Of a stretch of DNA of 64,000 nucleotides, positions 17,051 to 25,126 are shown in pieces. The position numbers were made by a program, and so were the translations under genes. Below the pieces are notes generated by a model. The model saw nothing but the letters and a program-made list of their open reading frames with translations, was not told the origin of the DNA and ran no database searches. The DNA is from Candidatus Peribacteria bacterium RIFCSPHIGHO2_01_FULL_51_35 (GTDB lineage Bacteria > Patescibacteriota > Gracilibacteria > Peribacterales > Peribacteraceae): the NCBI GenBank assembly GCA_001787535.1, contig MFXP01000006.1:56339-120338 (forward strand). Reading direction: 5' to 3'. Positions within the stretch are counted from its first letter, which is position 1, and every line of letters begins with the position of its first letter.

Positions 17051-18037
17051 TCATCGACAGATGACTGCCTTCACATCATCAATGCGCTCTGCGAGCACCA
17101 GTTTTGCACGCATTTCTTTCGCACCATCCACTCCCTTTACGTAGCTCGCCAAGTGTCTGCGCATTTCCAGCATTCCCCTCTTTTCGCCTTTCGTTCGCAC
17201 GGCAAGTTCGCAATGTTCCAGAATCCAGGGGATTTTTTCTTCGAAAGTTGTTGGTGTAGAGATCGACCGCTGGTCGATCTCACGTTGGTCATTGGTCATT
17301 GGTCTATGGTCATTTCTCAAGGCCTCAACAATCTCCCCCATCACCCAAGGGTTTCCAAATGTCCCCCGCCCCACCATCACGCCATCCAAATTGCCGATTT
17401 TTGCGACGGCGTCGGCTGCAGACATGATGTCGCCATTGCCGATGACGGGCACGGAGACTTCTCGCTTGAGTTCGTAGATGGGATCCCAATTCGCCGCGCC
17501 GCTGAATTTATCATGGTAACGGCGGCCGTGGATTGCGAGAGCCTGAGCGCCCGCTTCCACCAGACCTTTGCAGAAAGGAATCAGCGTATCGATGCATTCC
17601 CATCCGAGACGCGTCTTCACGCTCACGGGAATCTTCACAGCCTTCACCGTTGCATGGACGAGCTCTGCCGCAAGTTTCGGATTGCGGATCAACGCCGAGC
17701 CATGACAAGAGGAAACGACCTTTGCTGCGGGACAACCCATGTTGATGTCGATGCCGTCCGCCCCAAGTTGCTCGATCACCTTCGCAGCACTGAGGAAATG
17801 CTCCGGATCTTTGCCAAACACCTGCACGATGAACGGTCGCTCCAACGTGGGATCGAAATTGAGCAATTCCATCGTCTTCTTCGCGCCGTAGTGGATGGCA
17901 TCGGTGCTCAGAAACTCCGTGTACACGATCACTTCGGGTGCGATCCTTTTGATGAGTTGTCGGTACGACGCATCCGTCACGCCCGCCATAGGGGCAAGTG
18001 CGACAATGGGCCGGGGGGTGGTCTGCCAGGAGAACAT
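17051..18037 (-). CDS. dusB: tRNA-dihydrouridine synthase (Dus family)
   Basis: LAPMAGVTDASYR, IDINMGCPAAKV, VSVKTRLGW and VMVGRG motifs. The C-terminal region contains the repeat-derived segment NDHRPMTNDQREIDQRSIST. Confidence 0.92.
   Translation of the reverse strand: MFSWQTTPRPIVALAPMAGVTDASYRQLIKRIAPEVIVYTEFLSTDAIHYGAKKTMELLNFDPTLERPFIVQVFGKDPEHFLSAAKVIEQLGADGIDINMGCPAAKVVSSCHGSALIRNPKLAAELVHATVKAVKIPVSVKTRLGWECIDTLIPFCKGLVEAGAQALAIHGRRYHDKFSGAANWDPIYELKREVSVPVIGNGDIMSAADAVAKIGNLDGVMVGRGTFGNPWVMGEIVEALRNDHRPMTNDQREIDQRSISTPTTFEEKIPWILEHCELAVRTKGEKRGMLEMRRHLASYVKGVDGAKEMRAKLVLAERIDDVKAVICR
17255..17314. repeat. 60-nt composite palindromic element inside the dusB coding sequence (in frame)
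   Basis: gtagagatcgaccgctggtcgatctcac (GTAGAGA hairpin family) plus ttggtcattggtcattggtctatggtcatt (GGTCATT family). 60 nt equals 20 codons. Confidence 0.8.
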
Positions 18038-18044
18038 GATGAAA

Positions 18045-18150
18045 CGATTGTTATCGTGTACGATTGTTATATTGTTACATTGTTATATTGTTCGCAAGCG
18101 AGCCCCACTGATTTTTCATCAAAACAATATAGCAATATAACAATATAACC
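18045..18150. repeat. ATTGTTAT-family long inverted repeat (copy 1 of 3)
   Basis: cgattgttatattgttacattgttatattgttcgcaagcga - loop - aacaatatagcaatataacaatataacc. Related copies lie at 46095-46186 and 53681-53773. Confidence 0.85.
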
Positions 18151-18218
18151 CTCCGAATATCAATCCCAAATACCGCATCGGGATCGCATAGATCGACAGC
18201 CTCCCGCAAGATACCTGC

Positions 18219-18605
18219 GTGAAACAATCTTCCGTCATCACGCTTCTGATGATCGCCCTTGGTGCGGCCGCCGGGAGCGCCGTTGCACAGGATCCAGCGC
18301 TCATTCCCGCAAGCGGAACGCTTGGCGACAAGTGCAATTTTATCACGGGAGAATTCGATTTTGACTGCGTTCCTTTGTATGTGGGGTATTTGATCCAGAT
18401 CGTTTTTGCCATGAGCGGAGGATTCGCGTTGATGGAAATCCTCAAGGGCGGATATCAAATCGGCATGGGCGGACTGACGGGCGATAAAGAGGGCGGCAAG
18501 AAGCGCGTGACATGGGCGCTCATCGGTCTTGCCCTCTGTATTCTCTCCTTCGTCATTGTCGACTTCGCGATCAGTACGTTACTATTGGGACCGGTAGCCT
18601 TATGA
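18219..18605 (+). CDS. TrbC/VirB2-like pilin-type membrane protein (fourth copy)
   Basis: GTG start. Signal peptide ...GSAVA-QD, two TM helices, loop GGLTGDKEGGKK. The stop overlaps the next start (ATGA). Confidence 0.6.
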   Translation: MKQSSVITLLMIALGAAAGSAVAQDPALIPASGTLGDKCNFITGEFDFDCVPLYVGYLIQIVFAMSGGFALMEILKGGYQIGMGGLTGDKEGGKKRVTWALIGLALCILSFVIVDFAISTLLLGPVAL

Positions 18606-19852
18606 CACCCAAAGATTCTTCGCAGGCATTCACATCGCTTCGTATCATTGGAAGAAAGGCGCAGAAACTTTTTGCAAAGGCGAAGCAGGGCGGCATCCGT
18701 GAACAGAAGAAAACTTCCTCACCGCTGCCGGAGGCTCCCGAGCAGGAAGAAATTCTTGTGCACCTTTCCATCCGCAGCGTCGTCAGAGCGACATTCGCCA
18801 TTGTCGCCATTGTCGCGGGCGTCTTCCTCACATATTTCCTCCGCGACAAACTCATTCTGCTTCTGCTCGCGGTCTTTATCGCCATGGTGCTGGACCCGGG
18901 AGTGCACGCCATGAAGCGCATGGGCATCCCACGCGGCATCGCCATTCTTCTTCAATACTTCGTCGCGGTATTCTTGATTCTGTTCCTGCTGATTTCCCTC
19001 ATTCCGATCATCTCGGTGCAGCTGCAGCAGATTGCGCTGTTCGTGAGCGAGGAAGTGAATACCTTCCTGGCGGATCCCACGATTTCGTTGCCGCTCTTCA
19101 CCGAGGAAGTGAATGCTCGTTTGACCGTCCTCATTCAAACCACATTGCAGGATCTCTCCATCGATCGCTTTACGGACGCGCTGCAACGGTTTGGCCAAGA
19201 TCTGTCCACGGCGGCGCAGAGTTGGTTGCGCATTGCTGCACAGCTCGCCGGCTCGGTCGTGAATTTCTTTGTTAACCTCGTCATCGTGCTGGTGCTGGCC
19301 TTCTTCATTCAGATCGAAAAAGAAAAAATCTTGAGCTGGCTGCGCGGTTTTCTCCCCAGAAGATTCCGTCCGTATTTGGATAATAAATCCGAAGCCGTTC
19401 ACATGAAGATCGGCCAGTGGGCGCGCGGACAGCTGCTCCTGTGCCTCTCCATCGGCCTGCTCGTCTTCCTTGCTTTGGTCATTCTGCGGATGCCATATGC
19501 CCTCACGTTGGCCATCCTCGCAGGGTTCACGGAATTCATTCCCGTCGTCGGTCCGTTCATTGCGGCGGTGCCGGCAGTCTTGATCGCCCTCACGCAGGAA
19601 GGATTCATCTGGGCTCTGGTGCTCGCGGTTGTCTATTACATCATCCAGTGGTGCGAGAATAACTTGCTCGTGCCGCTCATTATGAAACGCGCCGTGGGAC
19701 TCTCGCCCGTCGCCATCATCTTCGCCATGCTCGTGGGTGTCAGCTTCCCGACTGTGATCCATCCTGTTCTCGGCATCATCCTTTCGATTCCAACAACAAC
19801 GATCATTGCTCTTTTCCTGGAAGATTGGAGAGAAGCACACGCGAGAGGATAG
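18602..19852 (+). CDS. AI-2E family transporter (PerM/UPF0118)
   Basis: Start reassigned to ATG 18602. About 8 TM helices. The C-terminal FIPVVGPFIAAVPAVLIAL and NLLVPLIMKRAVGLSP are typical of the family. Confidence 0.8.
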   Translation: MTPKDSSQAFTSLRIIGRKAQKLFAKAKQGGIREQKKTSSPLPEAPEQEEILVHLSIRSVVRATFAIVAIVAGVFLTYFLRDKLILLLLAVFIAMVLDPGVHAMKRMGIPRGIAILLQYFVAVFLILFLLISLIPIISVQLQQIALFVSEEVNTFLADPTISLPLFTEEVNARLTVLIQTTLQDLSIDRFTDALQRFGQDLSTAAQSWLRIAAQLAGSVVNFFVNLVIVLVLAFFIQIEKEKILSWLRGFLPRRFRPYLDNKSEAVHMKIGQWARGQLLLCLSIGLLVFLALVILRMPYALTLAILAGFTEFIPVVGPFIAAVPAVLIALTQEGFIWALVLAVVYYIIQWCENNLLVPLIMKRAVGLSPVAIIFAMLVGVSFPTVIHPVLGIILSIPTTTIIALFLEDWREAHARG

Positions 19853-20191
19853 TTGGGATGGGTAGCATCGGCATCTTGCCGATGAGGTGTGCACCGAGGA
19901 ATATTTTTCACAATCTTTTGCATAACAATTTCCTGCCCACCTCATCGCCTGGAAGGCGATGCCACCTGCACCCTGAAAGTAATAATTCAATCCATTGAAA
20001 GTTTTGGTCAATCCCACTAACTTGAACAAATTTAGTGAACACTTAGAATGGGCTGCATGAAGCCTGTCTTCTTGCAAAAAGTTGCAGATGTACTATCCAT
20101 TTTCCATTTGGTTGTCCGAACATTCTTTTTGACGAGGGTGAGTTCCGCCCCTCTGCTTCTTCGGGTAAAATATCATGATTCTTGTAGAAAA

Positions 20192-20218
20192 TTATCACTC
20201 GGTAAGTTAGAGTGATAA
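20192..20218 (+). promoter_or_regulatory. CIRCE-like inverted repeat (candidate HrcA operator) upstream of clpC
   Basis: TTATCACTC-N9-GAGTGATAA versus canonical TTAGCACTC-N9-GAGTGCTAA, with one compensated change per arm. It lies 31 nt upstream of the clpC ATG. Confidence 0.5.
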
Positions 20219-20248
20219 ACCCAAGAAGATTTCTACCCCCTATCGAAT

Positions 20249-22867
20249 ATGCATCCCTTCGATCGTTTTACACCCAATGCAAAGCTTGCTCTCCAGATTG
20301 CGGAGCAGGAAGCGAAGAACATGAAATCGAGCTACATCGGCACCGAGCACTTGCTACTGGGTCTTTTGAGCATTCCGAAGTCACTCGGCTTTTCGATCTT
20401 CACCGGAGCGGGAGTCACGCAGGAGAACGTTCGGATCCTCCTCAAAGCGATGAAAACGACGAACATCGAAGGACAACATGTGAAACACGGACTTTCGACA
20501 TTTCTGCACACCGTCATTGAACAGAGTGTGATGACGGCCCACAAGTTCCGTCATGCGAACGTCGGTACGGAGCACCTGCTCCACTCGCTCGTTTCGACGG
20601 GGAAGAATGCCGCAACGTTGATACTGGAGAACATGCAGGTCGATCCGGAAGATTTGAGACTCAGAGTCGAAGAAATGTTCGGCCAGATCAACCAGTTCAA
20701 GCAGCAGAACAGAAACATGGAGCAGTCATTGGAAGCGTTCTTCCACGGCCTCCAGGGCGTGATTGTCGGCATGCAGAATGGTCAAGGCGGAGACCCGATG
20801 ATGATGGAAGGGGGCCCGAAGCGGAAAAAAGGCGATGGGAAGAGTAAAACTCCCGTGCTCGATTACTTTACGGATGACCTCGTGGAGAAAGTGAAAGAAG
20901 GAAAGATGGACCCCATTATCGGTCGAGATCAAGAGATCGAACGCCTGGTGAGGATCCTCAATCGGAAGACCAAAAACAACCCCGTGCTCATCGGTGAACC
21001 AGGTGTGGGAAAGACCGCGATTGTGGAAGGACTCGCGCAGCGCATTGCCGCGGGCACCGTGCCGGATTCACTGAGGAATGTCCGCGTGCTGATCCTGAAT
21101 ATGGGTTCACTCGTTGCGGGAACCAAGTACCGCGGAGAATTCGAGCAGCGTTTCGACGACATTATTAAAGAAGCAACGAAGAGTGAGAATCAGATCATTC
21201 TGTTCATCGATGAAATGCACACCGTCGTGGGTGCAGGCTCGGCGGAAGGTTCGCTGGATGCAGCCAATATCTTGAAGCCTGCACTGAGCCGTGGGACACT
21301 CCGTGTCATCGGAGCGACGACCGTGGATGAATATAGGACGATCGAGAAAGACCGGGCACTGGAACGCCGATTCCAATCCATCATGGTGGAAGAACCGACT
21401 GTGCCGGATGCCATTCAGATCCTGAAAGGGCTGAAGAAGAGTTTTGAAGAGTTCCATCACCTCACGATCACGGACGAAGCGATCGAAGCTTCCGTGCATT
21501 TGAGCAAACGGTACTTGAGCGAGCGCTACCTGCCGGACAAAGCCATCGATGTGCTGGACGAAGCCGCTGCAGGCAAGAGTTTACAGCATGCGCAAGTGTC
21601 GCCGGAATTGAAGAAGACCGAAGATAAGTTGGAACAGCTCATCGCGAAACAGCAGCAAGCTGTGAAGGAACAGAAGTACCACCTGGCTCTGAAATTGAAA
21701 CAGGACCAGCAGAACTTAAAAGAAAAGTTGGATCACATGAAGGAGAGCGTGGACGGCGACCGCCGCACGCCCATTCAAATCAATGAAGATGATATTGCAC
21801 ACGTCATCGGCCGCATGACGGGCATCCCGGTGACGAAACTGCTGAAAACCGAAGCCAAGCGCCTCACGAATCTTGAGTTGCTCCTGCGAAAATCCGTCAT
21901 CGGACAGGACGAAGCAATCAAGAAAGTGGCGCGCGCCATCCGCCGCAGCCGCGTCGGCATCAGCGACATCAAGCGTCCCATCGGGTCATTCCTCTTCCTC
22001 GGACCCACAGGCGTGGGAAAGACGGAACTTGTGCGTACCATCGCGAAAGAAGTCTTCAACCGCGAAGATGCCTTGATCAAGATCGACATGTCCGAGTTCA
22101 TGGAGCGCCACAACGTCTCCCGCCTTGTCGGCGCAACGGCCGGCTACGTGGGCTACGAAGAAGGAGGTCAACTGACGGAAGCCGTTCGCAGGAAACCGTA
22201 CTCCGTCGTTCTCTTTGATGAAGTGGAGAAAGCGCACCCGGAATTCTTCAACGTTCTCCTCCAAATTTTGGAGGACGGCATGCTCACCGATGCGCAGGGC
22301 AAGCAGGTGGACTTCACGAACACGATCATTGTCATGACCAGCAACATCGGTGCAGAGAAGCTGACCAAGCAAGCCGCAAAGATCGGCTTCAAGTTGGAAG
22401 AAGAAGCCAAAGCCGAGGAGAACGAGTACGAAGCCAAGTGTCAGGAAGTCTTGGAGGAATTAAAGGATCACTTCCGTCCGGAATTCTTGAACCGCGTGGA
22501 TCATCAGATCGTCTTCAACGCGCTGAATCAACAGAGCATCCGCAAGATCGTGAAAATGCACTTGGAACACTTGGCGGACCGTTTGAAGCAACAGGGCTTC
22601 GAAATCGATTTCGACCAGAAGGTCATCAACTTGCTTGCGGAAGAAGGCTTTGATCCCGAATACGGTGCGCGTCCCGTGCGCCGCGTCATCCAAGAACGCA
22701 TAGAAGCGGAACTTGCGGAGCACATTCTGAAAGGAATCTTCCACAGGGGTGACCTCATCCGCGTGACGAAGAACAAGGACAAGCTCGAGTTTATGCCGTC
22801 TTCTTCAAAGGCTCCAAAACAGCGTCAGGAAGAGCCGGAGCCGGAAGATGTGGTTCTTGCCGAGTAA
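20249..22867 (+). CDS. clpC: AAA+ chaperone ATPase ClpC-type (Clp_N repeats, two NBDs, short M-domain)
   Basis: [16 protein letters not shown]...[10 protein letters not shown] (Clp_N x2). Walker [10 protein letters not shown] and [10 protein letters not shown] short coiled-coil lies between the NBDs, and KIGFKLEE resembles a ClpP-docking loop. Confidence 0.9.
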   Translation: MHPFDRFTPNAKLALQIAEQEAKNMKSSYIGTEHLLLGLLSIPKSLGFSIFTGAGVTQENVRILLKAMKTTNIEGQHVKHGLSTFLHTVIEQSVMTAHKFRHANVGTEHLLHSLVSTGKNAATLILENMQVDPEDLRLRVEEMFGQINQFKQQNRNMEQSLEAFFHGLQGVIVGMQNGQGGDPMMMEGGPKRKKGDGKSKTPVLDYFTDDLVEKVKEGKMDPIIGRDQEIERLVRILNRKTKNNPVLIGEPGVGKTAIVEGLAQRIAAGTVPDSLRNVRVLILNMGSLVAGTKYRGEFEQRFDDIIKEATKSENQIILFIDEMHTVVGAGSAEGSLDAANILKPALSRGTLRVIGATTVDEYRTIEKDRALERRFQSIMVEEPTVPDAIQILKGLKKSFEEFHHLTITDEAIEASVHLSKRYLSERYLPDKAIDVLDEAAAGKSLQHAQVSPELKKTEDKLEQLIAKQQQAVKEQKYHLALKLKQDQQNLKEKLDHMKESVDGDRRTPIQINEDDIAHVIGRMTGIPVTKLLKTEAKRLTNLELLLRKSVIGQDEAIKKVARAIRRSRVGISDIKRPIGSFLFLGPTGVGKTELVRTIAKEVFNREDALIKIDMSEFMERHNVSRLVGATAGYVGYEEGGQLTEAVRRKPYSVVLFDEVEKAHPEFFNVLLQILEDGMLTDAQGKQVDFTNTIIVMTSNIGAEKLTKQAAKIGFKLEEEAKAEENEYEAKCQEVLEELKDHFRPEFLNRVDHQIVFNALNQQSIRKIVKMHLEHLADRLKQQGFEIDFDQKVINLLAEEGFDPEYGARPVRRVIQERIEAELAEHILKGIFHRGDLIRVTKNKDKLEFMPSSSKAPKQRQEEPEPEDVVLAE

Positions 22868-23174
22868 GAGCTCCCCATCTCTCCCCTGTGCGCCAGCGTT
22901 TCAATGCTTCGCGTATGACAGCAATTCTGCGTTTGCAATTCTCCGATTCCTGAGATTGCTTCAGCGTCATCGGACGCACTTGATTCATCATCACGAGACG
23001 CAAGCCTGCCAATTGCCTTTGTAAAAATTTCTTACCCCTTGTTCCTTCGATATAATCCGGGGCTGCGTGATGTTCCGCATGATGTTCGACGCCACTTGCA
23101 TCTCGAAGATAATAGTCTTCAATTTTCTTTTGTTCACGAAGTCCTGCGCTCATAAAGTAGGGAAAGACAGACAT
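22791..23174 (-). CDS. hypothetical protein (weak call)
   Basis: The only ORF in the 560-nt clpC/prgI gap. Its 3' end overlaps the clpC 3' end by 77 nt. No motif. Confidence 0.2.
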   Translation of the reverse strand: MSVFPYFMSAGLREQKKIEDYYLRDASGVEHHAEHHAAPDYIEGTRGKKFLQRQLAGLRLVMMNQVRPMTLKQSQESENCKRRIAVIREALKRWRTGERWGALTRQEPHLPAPALPDAVLEPLKKTA

Positions 23175-23426
23175 GCTGCAACGATCTTTCAATAAAAGCA
23201 ATAAGCGCACAAAAGATATACTTTGAAGCTTGACACTTGAACCTCTCTTGGCGTTTGCCTGCCCGCCGTAGTCTCCGCGTAGCGGAGCGAAGGCGGGGTG
23301 TTACTTTGGTTCTTTTGCGCGAATTGACCACAATAATTGATACTTAAAAAATAGTATTACATCAACATATTCTTATATTAAGCCAAACCTTCACAGAAGC
23401 GTTCTCCTAATTTTTATGCTATAATT

Positions 23427-24086
23427 ATGGGTTCCCGCTCACAAAAACAAATGCCCATTGAACCCGTCAAAATTCCGCAAAACGTGTACATCGAAGATCG
23501 CATTGTCGGTCCTCTCACGCTGCGCCAGACGCTCATTATGGCCATTGGCGGCGGATTCAGTTACGCACTCTGGGCAAGCATTGCGAAAGTGTACGGCAGC
23601 GTTCCCTTGGCCATAACGATTCTTGTGTGGATTCCCTGCGCCATTGCCGTTGCGTTCGCACTCATCAAGATCAATGACTTGAGTCTCATGCGCATCTGCT
23701 TTTTGATGTTCGAACGCTTCAACAAGCCGAGCATCCGCACCTTCAGTCCCCGCCGCGGCATCAGCATCAACATTCGCGTGCTGTCGCAGCAAGACAAAGC
23801 GAAGAAAGAGAACCCGAGCATGTCACAACCGGCGACAGACGAGCGCAGTGAACGCATCAAAGAACTCAGTTCCATCTTGGACAGTTCCGATCACGAGATG
23901 CTGGAAACAGAGGAAGACATGATGCAAGAACCTGCGCATGAACTTCCGGAAACGGAACACGAAGAGATGGAAGAGCGTCCGCGTCGTCCGGTGGATCCGG
24001 GCAGAATTTCCGCCAATGAACCGGATGATTTGACGGGACACGACGATCTCCCCGCCGTCTTCCGCGATATTTTTCCTTTAACCTGA
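23427..24086 (+). CDS. PrgI/VirB3-like T4SS membrane protein with acidic C-terminal extension
   Basis: PIEPVKIPQNVYIEDRIVGPLTLRQTLIMAIGGGFSYALW matches the PrgI-family N-terminus, followed by 2 TM helices. An alternative start exists at 23451. Confidence 0.65.
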   Translation: MGSRSQKQMPIEPVKIPQNVYIEDRIVGPLTLRQTLIMAIGGGFSYALWASIAKVYGSVPLAITILVWIPCAIAVAFALIKINDLSLMRICFLMFERFNKPSIRTFSPRRGISINIRVLSQQDKAKKENPSMSQPATDERSERIKELSSILDSSDHEMLETEEDMMQEPAHELPETEHEEMEERPRRPVDPGRISANEPDDLTGHDDLPAVFRDIFPLT

Positions 24087-24088
24087 TC

Positions 24089-24814
24089 ATGGATTTGAAA
24101 AACATCATCAAGCTGCCGAAGAGCACCGTGCGCGAGCGCAAGAAGAACATCTTGAGCTCCACGCAGCGCTTTGTACCCATCGGAGAAATCCGCAATGACA
24201 CCGTTCTCCTGAAAAACGGCGGCGTCCGCGGCGTGCTGCAAGTGGAAGCCTTGAACTTCAACTTGAAGAGCGAGACGGAGCAGCAGGGCATCATCTCCGG
24301 TTACGAGTCGTTTGTGAACACGCTCTATTTCCCGGTGCAGGTTCTGGTGCGTTCGACGAGAATGAATATCGATCCGTATCTGGAGCAGTTGAAAAAGACC
24401 GGCGACAAACAGACGAATGAACTTTTAAAGTCTCAAACACAAGCCTACGCCGGCTTCATCGAACGTCTTGTGGATGTGGCCGACATCATGCAGAAGAAGT
24501 TTTACGTGATCGTTCCGTTTGATCACATCATCCGTAAAAAGACGATTCTGGAACAGTTCTTCGGATGGATGAATCCGGATGACACGGGAAGCAAAGCCAC
24601 GCAACGGCATCGAGAATTCGCGGACATCAGCCGTCAATTGAATGACCGCGTGAACCTGGTGCAAACGGGCTTGGAAAACATCGGCCTCACCAGCCGCAGA
24701 CTTTCGACGCACGAACTCATCGAACTGTATTACCAAATCTACAATCCCCGTACGAGCCAAGAACAAAAACTGCCGCCGGAGGAAAAGATGAACGTGGAGA
24801 AGTCGGTGCTGTAA
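24089..24814 (+). CDS. VirB4/TrsE-like N-terminal domain protein (no ATPase domain)
   Basis: STQRFVPIGEIRNDTVLLKNGGVRGVLQVEALNFNLKSETEQQGIISGYESFVNTLYFPVQVLVRS fits the N-terminal region of Gram-positive/CPR VirB4-like ATPases. No Walker A motif occurs in the 241 aa. Confidence 0.55.
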   Translation: MDLKNIIKLPKSTVRERKKNILSSTQRFVPIGEIRNDTVLLKNGGVRGVLQVEALNFNLKSETEQQGIISGYESFVNTLYFPVQVLVRSTRMNIDPYLEQLKKTGDKQTNELLKSQTQAYAGFIERLVDVADIMQKKFYVIVPFDHIIRKKTILEQFFGWMNPDDTGSKATQRHREFADISRQLNDRVNLVQTGLENIGLTSRRLSTHELIELYYQIYNPRTSQEQKLPPEEKMNVEKSVL

Positions 24815-24868
24815 ATTCTCAAAGGATAAAAATCCTTCGCAAGGTTTTTGGAAATGCGATGTTCGTTT

Positions 24869-24978
24869 GTAGAGACGTCCCGGCGGGACGTCTCTACTGA
24901 CGGAGATGAGGATCCCCTTCGACGTCAGTAGAGACGCGACACCTGTGGTGAGCTTGTCGAACCATGTCGCGTCTCTAC
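24869..24978. repeat. two tandem GTAGAGACG...CGTCTCTAC hairpins
   Basis: gtagagacgtcccggcgggacgtctctac (13-bp stem) and gtagagacgcgaca-N23-tgtcgcgtctctac (14-bp stem). Confidence 0.85.
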
Positions 24979-25126
24979 AACGGATTGGAGCAATTGTGAT
25001 GAATTTTGATCGTCAAGAAGCATTGACAATGAATAGCCGGGAAGCCATAGTATGCGCCGAAGTTTCTGCTGCTCGTGCGAGGACAGTTGCTTCCTCTACT
25101 TCTTCCTCTCGCACCAACCGTTTTTT

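Noticed and set aside
18719-20077. 452-aa minus-strand ORF
   Set aside because: It is antisense to the polytopic AI-2E transporter gene. Its composition is charged and low-complexity (DDGDGRE, HEHGEDDGDG), typical of the reverse frame of membrane-protein genes.
19853-20191. Long non-coding stretch upstream of clpC with hairpins (catcggcatcttgccgatg, catcgcctggaaggcgatg), examined as a possible SRP, 6S or tmRNA gene
   Set aside because: No conserved SRP domain IV, tmRNA tag/tRNA-like end or 6S bulge architecture could be recognised by eye. The hairpins resemble the other GC-rich palindromic repeats. It is left unannotated apart from the CIRCE-like site.
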